15,589 nt of DNA from a virus, in the UHGV virus genome UHGV-0166683; one strand, written 5' to 3'. Each line of letters starts with the position of its first letter. The stretch's first letter is position 1. The notes below the pieces were generated by a model that was not told the origin of the DNA, ran no database searches, and was given only the letters and a program-made list of their open reading frames with translations. Both the position numbers and the translations under genes were made by a program. Shown here piece after piece: positions 15,526-15,589 of this stretch.

Positions 15526-15549
15526 CTAATGATTTTGGTAAAAATCATT
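15526..15549 (-). promoter_or_regulatory. Perfect 10-bp-arm inverted repeat 16-39 bp upstream of the darT-like start (candidate operator or 5'UTR hairpin)
   Basis: TAATGATTTT-GGTA-AAAATCATTA (arms 15526-15535 and 15540-15549), immediately upstream of the SD-like GGGGA and the ATG at 15510. Confidence 0.4.
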
Positions 15550-15589
15550 AAGTTAAGGTGGATACACATCTTGTCATATGATCAAATGG

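Overview
This window reads as the early/immunity half of a lambdoid prophage (about 875-12129, roughly 50% GC) flanked on both sides by AT-rich cargo DNA. On the minus strand a translationally coupled pR-type operon runs cro-like, CII-like, small ORF, replication initiator with internal iteron-like repeats, PerC/YfdN-like protein, phage N6-adenine methyltransferase, LexA-DBD-only protein, RusA, KilA-N protein, DUF968 protein and Q-like antiterminator. Divergent from cro is a CI-like HTH/S24 repressor, followed by a clean terminator, a pL-like promoter, small early genes, YfdQ-like and YfdR-like (HD) genes, then xis and a lambda-family tyrosine integrase. Gene content resembles the CPS-53/KplE1 yfdM-yfdR set, recalled from memory rather than searched. 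The most interesting part is the AT-rich segment beyond int (12130-15589): a 448-aa protein whose N-terminal half carries DarT (DNA ADP-ribosyltransferase) hallmarks fused to a C-terminal HD-phosphohydrolase-like domain, followed about 700 bp downstream by a DarG-like macrodomain protein. This looks like a DarTG-type toxin-antitoxin/anti-phage module with a non-canonical toxin architecture. A second AT-rich cargo ORF (membrane protein, 44-895) sits convergent to Q where late genes would normally begin. No rRNA, tRNA or CRISPR array was seen. All homology calls are from reading motifs by eye and memory; none were computed.
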